Positions 23,593 through 35,909 of a DNA stretch of 64,000 bases are shown here, in pieces. Source of the stretch: Felis catus (taxonomy: Eukaryota); assembly GCF_018350175.1 (NCBI RefSeq), contig NC_058368.1:49601815-49665814 (forward strand). The letters are read 5' to 3'. Numbering within the stretch: position 1 is the stretch's first letter; the number at the start of each line of letters is the position of its first letter. The notes under the pieces were generated by a model. That model was not told the origin of the DNA. It did not search any database and worked only from the letters and a program-made list of their open reading frames with translations. The translations under genes and the position numbers were made by a program.

Positions 23593-26099
23593 AAAAATGT
23601 ATCTCTTCTTTCCCCAGATCTTGGCTAGTATATCTCATCCTCTTACCTGGAGCTGAACTTGCTCAAGGAACTGTTTTGGGACTCAAACATGCTCAGTGCC
23701 CAGGTTAATGGCTCCTCCTCCTCGGTTGACCTGACACTCCTTACATGCACAACACTCCCCCCCCACACACACACACACAGTATGTATGGTTCTTAAATCT
23801 TAAAATGGACTTGGCTAACTGTAAAGCACAAAAATAAAAGGAATCTGGCAAATGTATAAGGTAGGTAGCCTGCCATACTGGTAGTTAATTCCCTTAGTTT
23901 TCCTTTAAAGATTCCTTTATCTTAATATAGCGGGTTATCGCCTTCATATTGCATCCATAATGAGGTTACTTATCCTGCATATCCAATGGGACTGCCCCCT
24001 AGGTAACATATCCTCTATTCTAAGAGATGCCTGAGAGGGCAACCACTTCAACCATTAAATGATGCATACTTTTAGCTAGGAAGTGGGACTTTTGTTCCTC
24101 TAAACCAAAGATGGCATCTTAAGCTTTAATGGTTTCTGAATGTCACAGTTAGAAATGGATTATTTAGCAAGTATACTAGCATTCTTGAAAATAATGTATA
24201 CCAATTAATTATGCTGGATGCTTAATCAGAGAAACCGAGTTTGTCTTTCTTTAAAATCTGTTTGCAAACAATGATGTGTGAGACACAGATAAATGAACAT
24301 CTCATATCTATACATACATCAACTATCTCAAATCAGAGTCAAATCGTCTAGTTTGAGTAACATCTCCTATTTTGTCTATATGAAAGAAAAGTGTTAATGA
24401 GTATTGAAATGTCACAAAGTCCGGCAACAAAAAGGAAGAGGAAAAAAAAAATCAAAGCATCAGGATAATTCTTACCAAGATTTTTTGCTCCCTAAAAAAT
24501 TGAGGGTTGACGTGCAATATGAAAGGCAGGCTTTGAAAAGAACAGATTTTTTTTTCTCACACATCTTTATATGACCGCTCAAGATTATGAAGATCAGGTC
24601 TTTCCTCGCTGTCCTTTATATGGAGAGACAAAGAAACAGGACTGGGAGTCTCCCCAACTCCCCCTTCAGGGCAGGTAGTAATTCCCCTCTTTGAAAGAGA
24701 TTTAGTTCTGTGAAATCTCTATTTCAGGGAAGACATGGCAAAAATCCAGGTTGTTTCCCACAAATTCAAAGTGTTCTGTGTCTTTTGTTAAAAGAGAGTG
24801 ACTGGGTAGAGGCTGCAGTCATCTGCAGTTGCCTCCCATTGGGTGATTGATGTCACCGTGGTGTGTGTTGCCTGGTGGGCTGGAAGACAGGCGCGCTGCT
24901 GGGGAGAAGCCCGAGGCTCCAGCCCTGCAGTGCCTCAGAGCAGGATGGATTCATGGGTAAAAAAATCGACAGCTATTGAAAACGGACTGATTGTTGAGAC
25001 GAATCAATAATGATTTTAAGGAAATTAAATGCTGGCCGAAAAGGGGTGAAAAGCACCTTTTAAAGCTCTAAAGCTTTAAAGCAGCAACGGAAGGGCTAAA
25101 TTTAGGACCTCTTGGGTGATTTCCCAGACCTGAGCATTTTGATTCTGTGTGACCATTCTCTAACTCCTTATCAGCTCATTATCTCAGATGACAGGGCTCC
25201 AGGCCTTCACTGTATAAACAATTGCTTAGAGAAGAGAAGCAAACGGGGTGGACCAGCTATCTTTTATTCGTATCTGTGGGCCCTGAAAGGATTGCTAAAT
25301 GGAAGTCCTGGGGTTCTGTCTGGGCCTTGACACAGACACATACAAAGCAGCCCAGAGACATTTTTACAAAAGAAGGAATAACACAAACACCGCGTAATCA
25401 CAACCAGGGACTTTCCCTCTCTACTCTGTGACCATCTCTTACCTCACATATCTCTATCAGCCCCCAAATGCCTATTTTCAAGACATACACATAAGTGAAT
25501 AAAAAAAAAATCTGAGTAATATTCAACACTTAACTCCCTCCCTAACTGGCATACAAAAGCCCCTTAATAACATTTTAACTTGATTAACATAGTATTTAAA
25601 CTCAGCTTCACAAATTAAAGTCTTTGTTTTTATTAGACCATGGAAGATCCTAAGGGATATAAATATCTTTTGATTACAAAATCTCTCCACATAGTAGGAA
25701 ATGATGTAATTCCCAAAAGCATGAGATAAAATAATACTCCCCTCTCACAGTCCTGCCCATTCACAGAGACCCTCAGAATGTCCAAGTTTGTCCTTGTCCA
25801 TGTTCACAGCTGTGCTGGCTCTATCCGTGGGGGTCTTGGAAACTCACTAGCAGTAAAGAGGGTATGGGGCCAGGTCAAGGAGGACAAAGGGGTGAGTACT
25901 GTGAGAAGGTCTCTTTTAAAAAGACTGTATTGGCCCTGCTGTGTCTGCTCTAGTCCTAGGGTTCCGTGTTAAGGTAAACCCCTCAAATAGCATACACTGA
26001 TAACCAACAGGATTTTATGTCTGTTTGGCTCCTTGCAACTTACAAAGCATGTCTTTTTGTATTATTCAGCTCATGAACACAGCAATCCCGGAAGCCAGG

Positions 26100-26240
26100 C
26101 AGGACAAGTAATTCTGTTCACCATATTCTTTAAATGCTAAATGATTTGCCCAAAGTACGACAGCTAGAAAGAGGCAGAGTTTGTGCAAGAACTCAGCCTC
26201 TGATACTTGGTCTAGCGTGTCTTCTGCTTGCTTCCCACAA
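26100..26240 (-). mobile_element. MIR relic
   Basis: taaatgatttgcccaaagt..cagctag..ggcagag...gaactcag..tctga. Confidence 0.65.
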
Positions 26241-26397
26241 TCCTTTAGCAAGAAGAGACTTAGGCCATTCTCAGAAAATACAGTAAAATCATCCCCAGGA
26301 GAGACAGGCAGATGGATTTAATTTCCACTCTTTAGTGTGAGAGAGTTCAGTGACCATAACAAAAGCTTTGATTCAAATAAAAACTGAGCATTTATCA

Positions 26398-26928
26398 TAT
26401 GGTAGGCTGAATAATGACCTCCCAAATATGTTCATATCCTAATCCTTGGAACCTGTGAATGATACCTTACCTGACAAAGATGACTTTGGAGATGTGATTA
26501 AGAACCTTAAAATGAGGAGAGTATCCTGGATTGTCTAGTTGAACCAATCACAAGGGTCCTTTTAAGAGGGAGGTAAAAAGGTCACAGAAAGCAGAGTTGG
26601 CAATAGGATCATAGAAGCAGAGGTTGAAAATATATAAGAGAAAAAAATGATTGGGAGATCCCACACTGCTGACTCCTCCTCAAAGATGGAGGAAGAGGGC
26701 CATGAGCCAAGGGATTCAGGCAGCCTCAAGAAGCTGGAAACGGCAAGAAAACGTACTCTCCCCGACAGCCTCCAGAATGAATGTACCACTACCAACATCT
26801 TGACTTTAGCCCATTAAGATTTGTGTCAAATTTCTGGCCTACAGAAATGTAATATAATAAATCAGTGTTACCATAAGCCACTAAATTTGTGATAATTCAT
26901 TGCAGCAGCACTAGGAAACCAATATACA
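26398..26928 (+). mobile_element. MaLR solo LTR (MLT1D-like)
   Basis: ggtaggctgaataatg..cctcccaaa...cctaatccttggaacctgtgaat...gggccatgagccaaggga.tcaggcagcctc.agaagctggaaa...taagccactaaatttgtg...ggaaaccaatataca. Confidence 0.88.
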
Positions 26929-27224
26929 TCACATGCCAGCTTTCCCTCTGCTAAAGTCACAAAATATGATTCCATCAAATGGGAACTGAACCCACAACTT
27001 TCCATCTGGACCCACTGAAAATCACTGTCAAAGGCAATGATTTTTGGCCTACAGAGAAAATACCAGCTAATATTTATTGCTTAGTATGTGCCTTATAATG
27101 TTTTGCAACGTGTGTGTGCACATTATCTCATTTAATCCTCATCATAACCCATATTATTTAACCTTTCTGGGCCTTAATTTCCCCAAGTACACAATGAGGA
27201 AGCACCAATTTCATATACTCTGTT

Positions 27225-28276
27225 GTGTGACCAGTCCCCAAAATGGCCCCCAATGATCAACTGTGATACAGGGATTTATAAATTTATGAAATATATATTT
27301 TGTCTTTGTCCCCTTTCCTGGCACATAGCTCCCAAAACACTTGAAATTTCCTAAATGATTGGATTAATAAAGGCATCTTTTTAAATAATATTTGGGTGTT
27401 TTCCTCAGTTCCTAGCTTCAGAGTGATAAAGGTGACTACGGGTATCTTTAGTTACTCATAACAAGCCCCTTTCAACAACACCTGACTTTGTTAATGAAAT
27501 GATTTTTTGAAAACTCCTAAGGATGGAAGCTGGTTGCCAAGGGAATCCAATTTCATTAGAAGTTTGGAAATTTCAGGTTCTCCCACACTCCCACCTCCAG
27601 GGAAGGGAAGAAAGATGCTGGAGGTTGAATAGATGGTCAATGGCCAATGATTTAATCAATCATGCCTACATAATGAAGCTCCACAAAAATCCAAAAGGAC
27701 AAGGTTCAGAGATATTCCAGTTTGGGGAGTGGGGAAGTGCTGGGAGGGTGTGCCAGAGAGGGCCTGGAAGCTCTGCATCCCTTTCCACATGTCTTTCCCT
27801 GTGTATCTCTCCCATCTGACTGTTCCTGAGTTAAGTGCTTTTATAATTAATCAGTAATCTGGTAAGTAAACTGTTTTCCTGAGGTTTGTGAGTGACTCTA
27901 GCAAATTAATGGAACTCGGGAGTGGGGTGGTGGGAACTTCCAATTTACAGCCAGTTGGTCAGAAACACAGGTAATCACCTAAACTTTTGAACAGTATGGT
28001 AAGAACTGAGGCGTCTTACCAGAAACCAGCACTAACTTACCAAGAATGTGAGAGAATGATCTTAGAAGCTGACCCTCCAGCCCTGGTCTGTCGTCAGATA
28101 ACTGTAGCCCCAACAAACATCTTGACTATGGTCTCATTGGAGACCCAGAAAAGAGAACCACCCAGTGAAGCTGCTCCCAAATTCCTCATCCTTGGAAACT
28201 GTGTCAGATAATCAATATCTATTGTTGTGTTAATCTCCTAAATTTTGGGGTCATTTGTTACACAGCAACTAATACA
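27225..28276 (+). mobile_element. MLT1F-like LTR (27225-27261 and ~27990-28276) inserted in a MIR and interrupted by a MER21-like LTR
   Basis: 5' aaaatggcccccaatgat; 3' gaactgagg...cctccagccc...gagaccc...ccaaattcct...ttttggggtcatttgttacacagcaa.taataca. MIR core halves on both flanks. Confidence 0.75.
27262..27985 (+). mobile_element. ERV LTR (MER21-like), 3'-truncated
   Basis: tgtgata...ttcctggcaca.agctcc.aaaac, gctggttgcca, caatggccaatgatttaatcaatcatgcctac.taatgaagc.cca, gtaagtaaactgttttcctgag, ccagttggtcagaa. Confidence 0.8.
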
Positions 28277-30043
28277 GTTGTTATGAGAACAGAATTAGTT
28301 AATATTCTGAGTAATATAGAAGGTGCTTAAAATAGTACATGCCACATACTAGGTATTATTTAAGTGTTTATAAAATAAATTGCTTCATTAAAATGATGGA
28401 CACTAGGAACTGCATCCTGGTATGTGATGGGATCACACAAATGACAAATACATAATCCCTGTCCTCAAGGGGCTCACAGTGAAAGAAAGGGAGTTAGTTG
28501 TAGGGGGATAGATAAAACTGATATGTTTTACACAGCATAGCTACAAATGCAAAGAAACAGTTACATGTATGGAAAACCAATCATTAAAATGTATGCATTT
28601 CAGTAAATATAGATCAACATAAAACGTTTCAACAATTAAAATGAAAGTGTCAAGTGGTTTGATTTTTCTGTAACTGTTTTTCTCCCACTTCCACTTATTT
28701 GTTCCCTTAAATTATACATTAAATAAATTTTTAAAAGGTTGGTGTCTTCATGTAATAATAACTTGCAGTTGGCATTTTCAAGGAATTTTGAATGCTGAAA
28801 TGGCCATTATTAACTTATACTACTAATTTTTACATTCTCTATCTTTAGGCCATGTGCCTTTAAGAAAACATCCTAAATCAAAAATAAGGAATATTTCTTA
28901 AAATATTTAAAATAAATTTTTTAAATAAGGAATATTTAAAATAAGGTAAAATAAGCAATTTTTTAAAAGAACTTAAATTTGTTCTTTATTTTCTCCTTAC
29001 GAGTCATTCGAAAATAAATTTATCATACCAGCCTTTACCAAAATGTTAGAAAACAAGGGTAGTCTATTTTTCTGTGAGACATGAATCAAAATTATCTGAA
29101 TGAGTCTAAATGAGATGTCTGTATATCTCTGATCTTCCTGTGCCAAGGTATGCAGCAATTTAGAACACTGATCAGTGCAGTAATATTCCTGTAGGTTATT
29201 TTTTTAGCCTCCACCACTGAGGTTCTTCTTACTTTTTTGCAAATTCTGCACTTGATAGAGCCAAAACCAAAATATCCTCTTAGCTGCTAAAGAGTATATT
29301 TTGAACATTTATTTTAGCTTTTAGAAATGCTGAAAGAAAAATAAGGGGAAAAAAGAATACCTGTGGCTCTACAAGGACAGTCTTCGGTTTCATGGAACAC
29401 AGGATGTCACACCTGTCGGCTCTTATAATCCCTGCCTGCAGTTAATTTGATTTCTCCATTCGAGTCAAAATGAATTGCATAACTGAGCAACCACATACTT
29501 TCCATCTTATTAAACCAATGAGTACGTTATACACTGTGCCCCTCCAGTCATCCTAACTGAGCTCTCCACTCACAGCCGAAAGGTTTTAATTGCATAACCA
29601 GCTGTTATTGTCACTTGAGGCCCTATGTAGAGTAATTAGTGAGAAGACACTAAGTCAACCCAAGAGAACTCTGATAGAATTATATTCTGCCCACAGATGT
29701 GCAAATCATCAGGTATGTGTGTGCAGATAGTGATCAAGATACAGCATTAGCCCCTGAATCCCCTAGGTACCTTCAAAGATGTATATTTGGGAATGGGAAC
29801 AATTCCTGGGCAATAAAAGTTGACTCGCCCAAATGAGTGCTCCAAAGGATGGAGCAATTCACATAGAAGAATAAACACAAGAACAACATAGAATTGTCAA
29901 AATTATATTTGAGGACAGCAGGAAGTTGAGTCTAGTTGGAGAAAGACAGGAGCTGAATCTACAGAGTAGTTCCATCACAATTATGATGGGCTTACATGTG
30001 AAACTACGGAGGCTCCCAAATGGGATATTATGGCAAGGCATGA

Positions 30044-30044
<1 letters not shown>

Positions 30045-30091
<47 letters not shown>
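30045..30091. repeat. (TG)n microsatellite within an L2-like relic
   Basis: About 23 TG units read directly. Confidence 0.97.
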
Positions 30092-30093
<2 letters not shown>

Positions 30094-31252
30094 TGCACAG
30101 ATCTGATTTGTTTCCTGGGAAGATAATATTGGCAATGGGTGTACTGGGAAGAAGTGAGATGGGAATGTACTATGAGAAATAAAGAAGTCTTGAGCCAACT
30201 AAACAATTGGGAATGTTATTTAAGTAAATAGAAAGAAACTACTTACACCCACTTTGGAGTAATGAAAATAAAATAGCTCTTATTTAACTAAATAAACGGG
30301 AACCATTAAGAAGGAAGAAAGGGAGAGACGAATATTAGTAGTGAAAAGGAAAATAGAGTGAATTTCTAAAAGTTAAAATCAAGTATATTTGGTAGCCATT
30401 TTTTGTGTGTGAGAATGAGTGAAAAGACAGGAGAATGATGTTTTGATAATTAATCTGAGACTCAGTCTAGGAGAATGGTGAAGGTGTCTTGAGATATAGT
30501 TATCTATGCGTAGTTTACATTTGGAAATATGGCTCAAGACCTTAGAAAAGGTCATGGATGTAGAGAAAAAACTCAGTGGTCATTACAATAGAGATAACCA
30601 CATTATTAAGCTCCCATTCCCTTTTGAGGAACTCTGCTAGGTACTTTACATATGTGGTCTTATTTTTTTTAAAACCCTCGTTAATTAAAAAAAAATACCT
30701 TCCACAAATGAATGACCAAGATTCAGGAGGATAAATAATTTGTTGAAAATCATAAGGTTAGCAAGTGATTAAACTGGAATTCAAAATCAGTAAATATTCA
30801 GTTTAATTTCTGCTGAATACATCTAAGTATTTTAGAAGACCTCTTATTTTTCAAGATGAATGGCTGTTGGCTAAAGCAGGGAATCAGTAAAAAACGGTTT
30901 CATATAAACCTTAAATACTTCATTTTAACTTGAAAAAATATATACATACCAATCTTTAGATGTTGGGCCAAGAGCACTTTTTTCAGTATGGAGGTTTACT
31001 GATGGAGATATGTGCCTTCATAAATCACACACATAACTTACCCATCATCCATTGTCTGTGATTTCTACTTTGTATTTCTTCAAGAGAAAAGAGAACCTAA
31101 ACCCATTTATAAGGCAATATGAGTGAGATAGTTTTCCCAGTATATCTCTGTTGCATTTCCCACACCTAACTTGAAAGCAATTTTTAGGAAGTCATTTTTA
31201 TCAAATCTTTCCAAAGTATTCAACTTAATTTTCATAAGAAACACTTTTTCTT

Positions 31253-31468
31253 GGGGCGCCTGGGTGGCGCAGTCGGTTGAGCGTCCGACTTCAGCCAGGT
31301 CACGATCTCACGGTCCGTGAGTTCGAGCCCCGCGTCGGGCTCTGGGCTGACGGCTCAGAGCCTGGAGCCTGTTTCCGATTCTGTGTCTCCCTCTCTCTCT
31401 GCCCCTCCCCCGTTCATGCTCGGTCTCTCTCTGTCCCAAAAATAAATAAACGTTGAAAAAAAAAAAAA

Positions 31469-31500
<32 letters not shown>
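31253..31500 (+). mobile_element. Very young SINEC_Fc
   Basis: CpG-rich body with intact A/B boxes and a ~45-nt nearly pure A tail. Perfect 17-bp TSD aagaaacactttttctt at 31236-31252 and 31501-31517. Confidence 0.99.
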
Positions 31501-31504
<4 letters not shown>

Positions 31505-31984
31505 AACACTTTTTCTTTTTGTACTCAAAGTTTAGCTAGCAGTTTATCCAATATGTAAATAAATATGTCACTGTAGTACATAACAACTGGAATAACCGGT
31601 TTGGAAATAAATCAGTCCCTTGGTAAGAAAACAACTCAACTATTAGAAGCAGGAATGTGCTGACAGGCATGCAATAGTGGCCTGTAGTGTACCAGGAATA
31701 CTCAGTATCATCCGGGCATCAGAACTTATGAGCCGTATGGGAATGAGAGCATCAATCAACCTATTGAGACAGTTCAGTGCAGATCTGTTAAGAAAGCTCC
31801 TACTCTAGCCTTAGGTCATGAGAATTAATATTTGGAATGATAATCCTAAATTATAAACATTTTTGAGCACATGAATCATTATGTATTTTTTAAAAAGTAC
31901 AAGACTGATTCCTGCCCTATGAGAAGTTTAAAATATAGTCACTGAAGTGAAAGACCCTTAATCACAAAAGAAATATGCAAAATG

Positions 31985-32420
31985 GTATTTGTTGGGCACT
32001 TGTGAATACTCCCAGGGACTATTCTAAGTTTTGGACACACATTATATCATAATAACCCTTGAGTAGTAGCTTTTAAGACCTGACACGTAAGGAAAATAAA
32101 GCACAGAGAGGTTAAATAATTTACAGAATGTGACCCATTTGGTAAGTGATGGGTTAATTTCCAACCCAGACTCTCTATCTCCACAGCATGAGCTATTAAC
32201 CAACCATCATATATCAATAAGCTACCATCTGCCAGGAACTGGACTGTGCCACTCATTTATTTTATCTAATTTTGATCTTCAGATAACACTTCAAGATATA
32301 TACTAATAGTCCTACTTTCAACATCTGTCATGTCACAGAGCTGGGAAGTGGCAGAGCTAGAATTCAAATACAGACAATTTAACTTTAGTTTTCACCTTCT
32401 TTACTCTATGCATCGCTGTC
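31985..32420 (-). mobile_element. Two adjacent MIR relics
   Basis: gcacagagaggttaaataattt...aacccaga; tgccagg.act...gtcacagagctgggaagtggcagagctagaattcaaa. Confidence 0.65.
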
Positions 32421-32984
32421 TCACAATATTTTTTATAAGTAACTGCATGCTAATCTTATGAAAAAGGCCTGAAGAAAACAGAAGCAAATAAATTGTATAT
32501 ATCTAACTAAACAAACAAACAAACAAACAAACAAACAGTTGGGATGCTTCATACAATCATGCGGTGCCATAACACTGAGATGAATTACCCCTGTTCTAAC
32601 GAATAGAAAACTATTTCCTCACAAAGAAAGTGTATAGATTAAAATTAGAAAATGTTTTCTGATATGCTTACTACAGACAAAATTTAAAATTTAGAAAAGT
32701 GAAATGAAGAAAGTAAAAACGACTCACACCTCCATCACTAGATATAATGTCTGTTAACATTTTCTTATATTATCTTACAGATTTTTGAGTGTATGCATAC
32801 AGAAATTTCTCTTACAGATATTTTTTATATGAATTGGCAATAATGTAATTGAATAATTAGGGAACATCATTAGATTATGTGGAGGAGTGTTTTTGTGACT
32901 CTGTGCTTTGTTTATCATCATTCATTATGAGTGATTAATGTGATGAGATTGTGAAATAAATTCTTATAGAGATGGTAAATATAT

Positions 32985-33780
32985 CTTGGCTTTCTCCCTG
33001 TCTATTTCTGGCTGCTGCTTCTTATTTTCTTTGGCACATGCCTCCTCCTCTAACAACTAAACGCCAGTTTGCCTCATGAACTCAGCACTTGACTCTTCTT
33101 ACTCTGTATTTTCCCTAGGTGATCTATAACTTCCATATCACCTATGATCTGATAACTCCCTCTTGTATTTCTAGTCCATTCTATTTTTCTGATATTTATA
33201 GACATCTCCTTGGCGTCTCCATTTAATTATGTAAAATCCATCTCAAAGTCAATTCTTGCTATACCTCTCACATCTATTCCCTATCTTGCCTTTCCTTACC
33301 CACACAGTTCATTAAGCCAAGACTTTGAGAAACAATTGTGGCATGTCCCTTTCATCCATCTTCTGTAGTCAATCTATTACAAAATCTATAGGCAATAACC
33401 TTCAAATCTATTTCTAATCTGTCTACTTCTCTCTAGCTCTATCCTTGTTCCAGTAATCATCACGTCTCTTTGTTCAAGTAACCAAGTATGACAAGCAATA
33501 GTTGTATGTCCCACTATTTCCACCCTTAAGCCCTAACATCTCTTTTCCACACAGACACTGAAACAATCTTTCTAAAATAAAAAAAAAAAATCAAGCCATC
33601 CCATTAAAACCTTAGCATAGTTTCCCATTGCACATAGAACAAAATGTAAACTCCTTAACATGATCCATAATGTTTTGCATAATTAGCCCCTCCTACTTCT
33701 CTGACTTCACTTCATATTCCATTCATTCCACTTCAAATATTTTCTTCCAGTTCTTCAAGTACACTAGATCCTCTCCCAGG
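32985..33780 (+). mobile_element. L2 LINE relic
   Basis: Pyrimidine-rich L2 ORF2/3' motifs: ccctaggtgatct, tgataactcc...tctagtcc, catctcaaa.tcaa, ttccacacag, aaactccttaacatg. Confidence 0.7.
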
Positions 33781-34619
33781 GAAGGAGAAAAGCAATTTAG
33801 TAGTATCAACAGTTGAAAGGTGACTTCTGGTCTGGACAAGAAGGCACAAACCCATTTGTCCCTATTCCTTCCCACTAGACACTACACATCCTGTAAATAA
33901 TGCAGTGAACAAGCAAAGAACTCTGAAATGTGGTAAGAAGGCAAACTCGCATGGAACGCCATGACTGGAAAAACAACAAAGCAGCAGAGTGATCTGTGCC
34001 GCCCTCGTCCACGTCAGAACTTGTAAGTCACTTGCACCCAGCATTTTCAGACCCCCAAGCCAGCAACAAAAGCCAGCCTAGCTAGCTTCACTTCCTTGCT
34101 CTTAATCAATGGGAGCCCTTCTGATAATATCAGACAAACTTATAAGAACTGGCAAGAGAGATCCTTCAGGAGCCCAACTAACAATTAGTGGCCTGAGGAA
34201 TTTTTCTTCTTGCTTAGTAGTCCTAAGACTCCCCTCTCCCATTGAAAGATACCAGAGATGCCCAGGAGGGCTGGAAGAGGGACCCAGCACAGCAAGCAGC
34301 ACAGTCCAGAAAGTCCCTCTAACCATACAGACTTAAGACTTTTCTTCATTGGGATACACCTGCCAGCTCAGCCCAAGAAAACCTCTCCTTCCCCTTAGCC
34401 AGCAGCAGCAGGTACCAGTGGGGGTCCCACCAACAAAAGATTAAATCAAACAGCCTGAAACAATACTGCAAATGGTCTAAAAAATAACCTGTCATTGTAA
34501 TAATAACCCCCAAAAGGAGGCTAGGGTCTGCATGCTAAACAGAATGACCTACTAAACAGCCTACTAAAATGAAAACATTAATTAGGCCCAGAGAGAACAC
34601 AACAGATAAAACTCCCAAC

Positions 34620-34947
34620 TCCCAACTGCATTCCTTGGCTTGTGGCCCCTTCCTCCATCTTCACAGCAAGCAGCATAACATTTTTAAATCTCTACCTGAT
34701 TCTCTAACTTCCACTCCCCTCAGCATATCCCTTTTTATGACTCTCCGCCTATCTCTAGTAAGAAGACATGTATTGTATTGGGCCCACCCAGACAATGCAG
34801 AATGATCTTCCCATCTGTTTCTTGATTTAATCTTATCTCCACAGCCCCATGTGTCATGGAAGGTAATATATTCATAGGTTTTGAGGATTAGGACATGGAC
34901 ACCTTGCGGAGTAGTTGAAGGAGGGGCCACTCTGTTTTCCATACCAA
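34620..34947 (-). mobile_element. MaLR LTR fragment (MLT1C/D-like)
   Basis: cattccttggcttgtggccccttcctccatcttca...ttgggcccacccaga.aat.cag.atgatct...aggattaggacatggac. Confidence 0.8.
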
Positions 34948-35212
34948 TAGATTGTGATAAGCATATCTGTATGTTGTAATAACCACATTAACCACTATGA
35001 AAACTATTCAGAGATGCACTGTAAGTCTTTCAAGATGATATCCAAAATAGAAAATAAAAAGTTCAAGTAATTTACAAGAAGGCAAAAAAAGAGAAATAGA
35101 AGAACAAGAATAAGAGAAAAGAACATTAAAAGGCAGACTTAAGCACTAAAATATCAAGATTACCTTTTATATAAATGATATAAATGCACTTATCAAAAGA
35201 CAGTGATTTACA

Positions 35213-35382
35213 GGGGAGCCTGGGTGGCTCAGTCAGTTAAGCATCTGACTTCAGCTCAGGTCATTATCTCATGGTTTGTGAGCTTGAGCCCCACATTGGG
35301 CTCTGTGCTAACAGCTCAGAGCCTGGAGCCTGCTTTGGATTCAGTGTCTCCCTCTCTCTGTGCTACCCCCTCTCATGTGCTT

Positions 35383-35419
<37 letters not shown>

Positions 35420-35448
35420 AATAAATAAACATTAAAAAAAATTTTTTT
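35213..35448 (+). mobile_element. Can-SINE (SINEC_Fc-type)
   Basis: Typical body. 18-bp TSD aaaa[g/c]acagtgatt[t/g]aca at 35195-35212 and 35449-35466. Confidence 0.96.
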
Positions 35449-35549
35449 AAAACACAGTGATTGACAGAGTGGATTTAAAAAAATGACCCAACACATGCTG
35501 TTAGTAAGAAACTTATTTCAAATTCAATGACTTAAGTATATGTAAAGTA

Positions 35550-35667
35550 TGGGAGGTGGGATGGGCTAAATTGGTAAGGGGCACTAAGGAATCTACTCCT
35601 GAAATCATTGTTGCATTATATGCTAACTAATTTCGATGTAAATTTTAAAAAATAAAAAAAAAATTAA
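35550..35667 (+). mobile_element. Extremely 5'-truncated (~118 bp) felid L1 3' tail
   Basis: Matches the 3' end of the 39289-45900 element (gatgggctaaa..ggtaaggggc..taaggaat...tgctaacta...gatgtaaatt). 16-bp TSD aagtata[t/c]gtaaagta at 35534-35549 and 35668-35683. Confidence 0.92.
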
Positions 35668-35695
35668 AAGTATACGTAAAGTAAAAGGATGAAAA

Positions 35696-35909
35696 GGGGG
35701 CTCCTGGGTGGCTCAGTTGGTTAAGCATCTAACTCTTGGTCTTGGCTCAGGTCATGGTCTTATGGTTATGAGATCGAGCTCAGCATAGGACTCTGAGTGT
35801 GGGGCCTGCTTGGGATTCTCTCTCTCCCTCTCTCTCTGCCCCTCCCCTGCTCACACATTCACGTGCATGTTCTCTCTCTCAAAATAAATAAATAATTTTT
35901 TAAATATTA
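35696..35909 (+). mobile_element. Can-SINE (older subfamily)
   Basis: gggggctcctgggtggctcagttggttaagcatct.actcttgg...gcctgcttgggattctc. TSD aaaagga[tg/ca]aaaa. Confidence 0.93.

Noticed and set aside
28880..28970. Short repeated units aaataaggaatattt (and aaatacaaatagaaaaa at ~17638-17690) as an array or CRISPR-like structure
   Set aside because: Low-complexity AT-rich slippage duplications with no regular repeat-spacer period, in a mammalian context.
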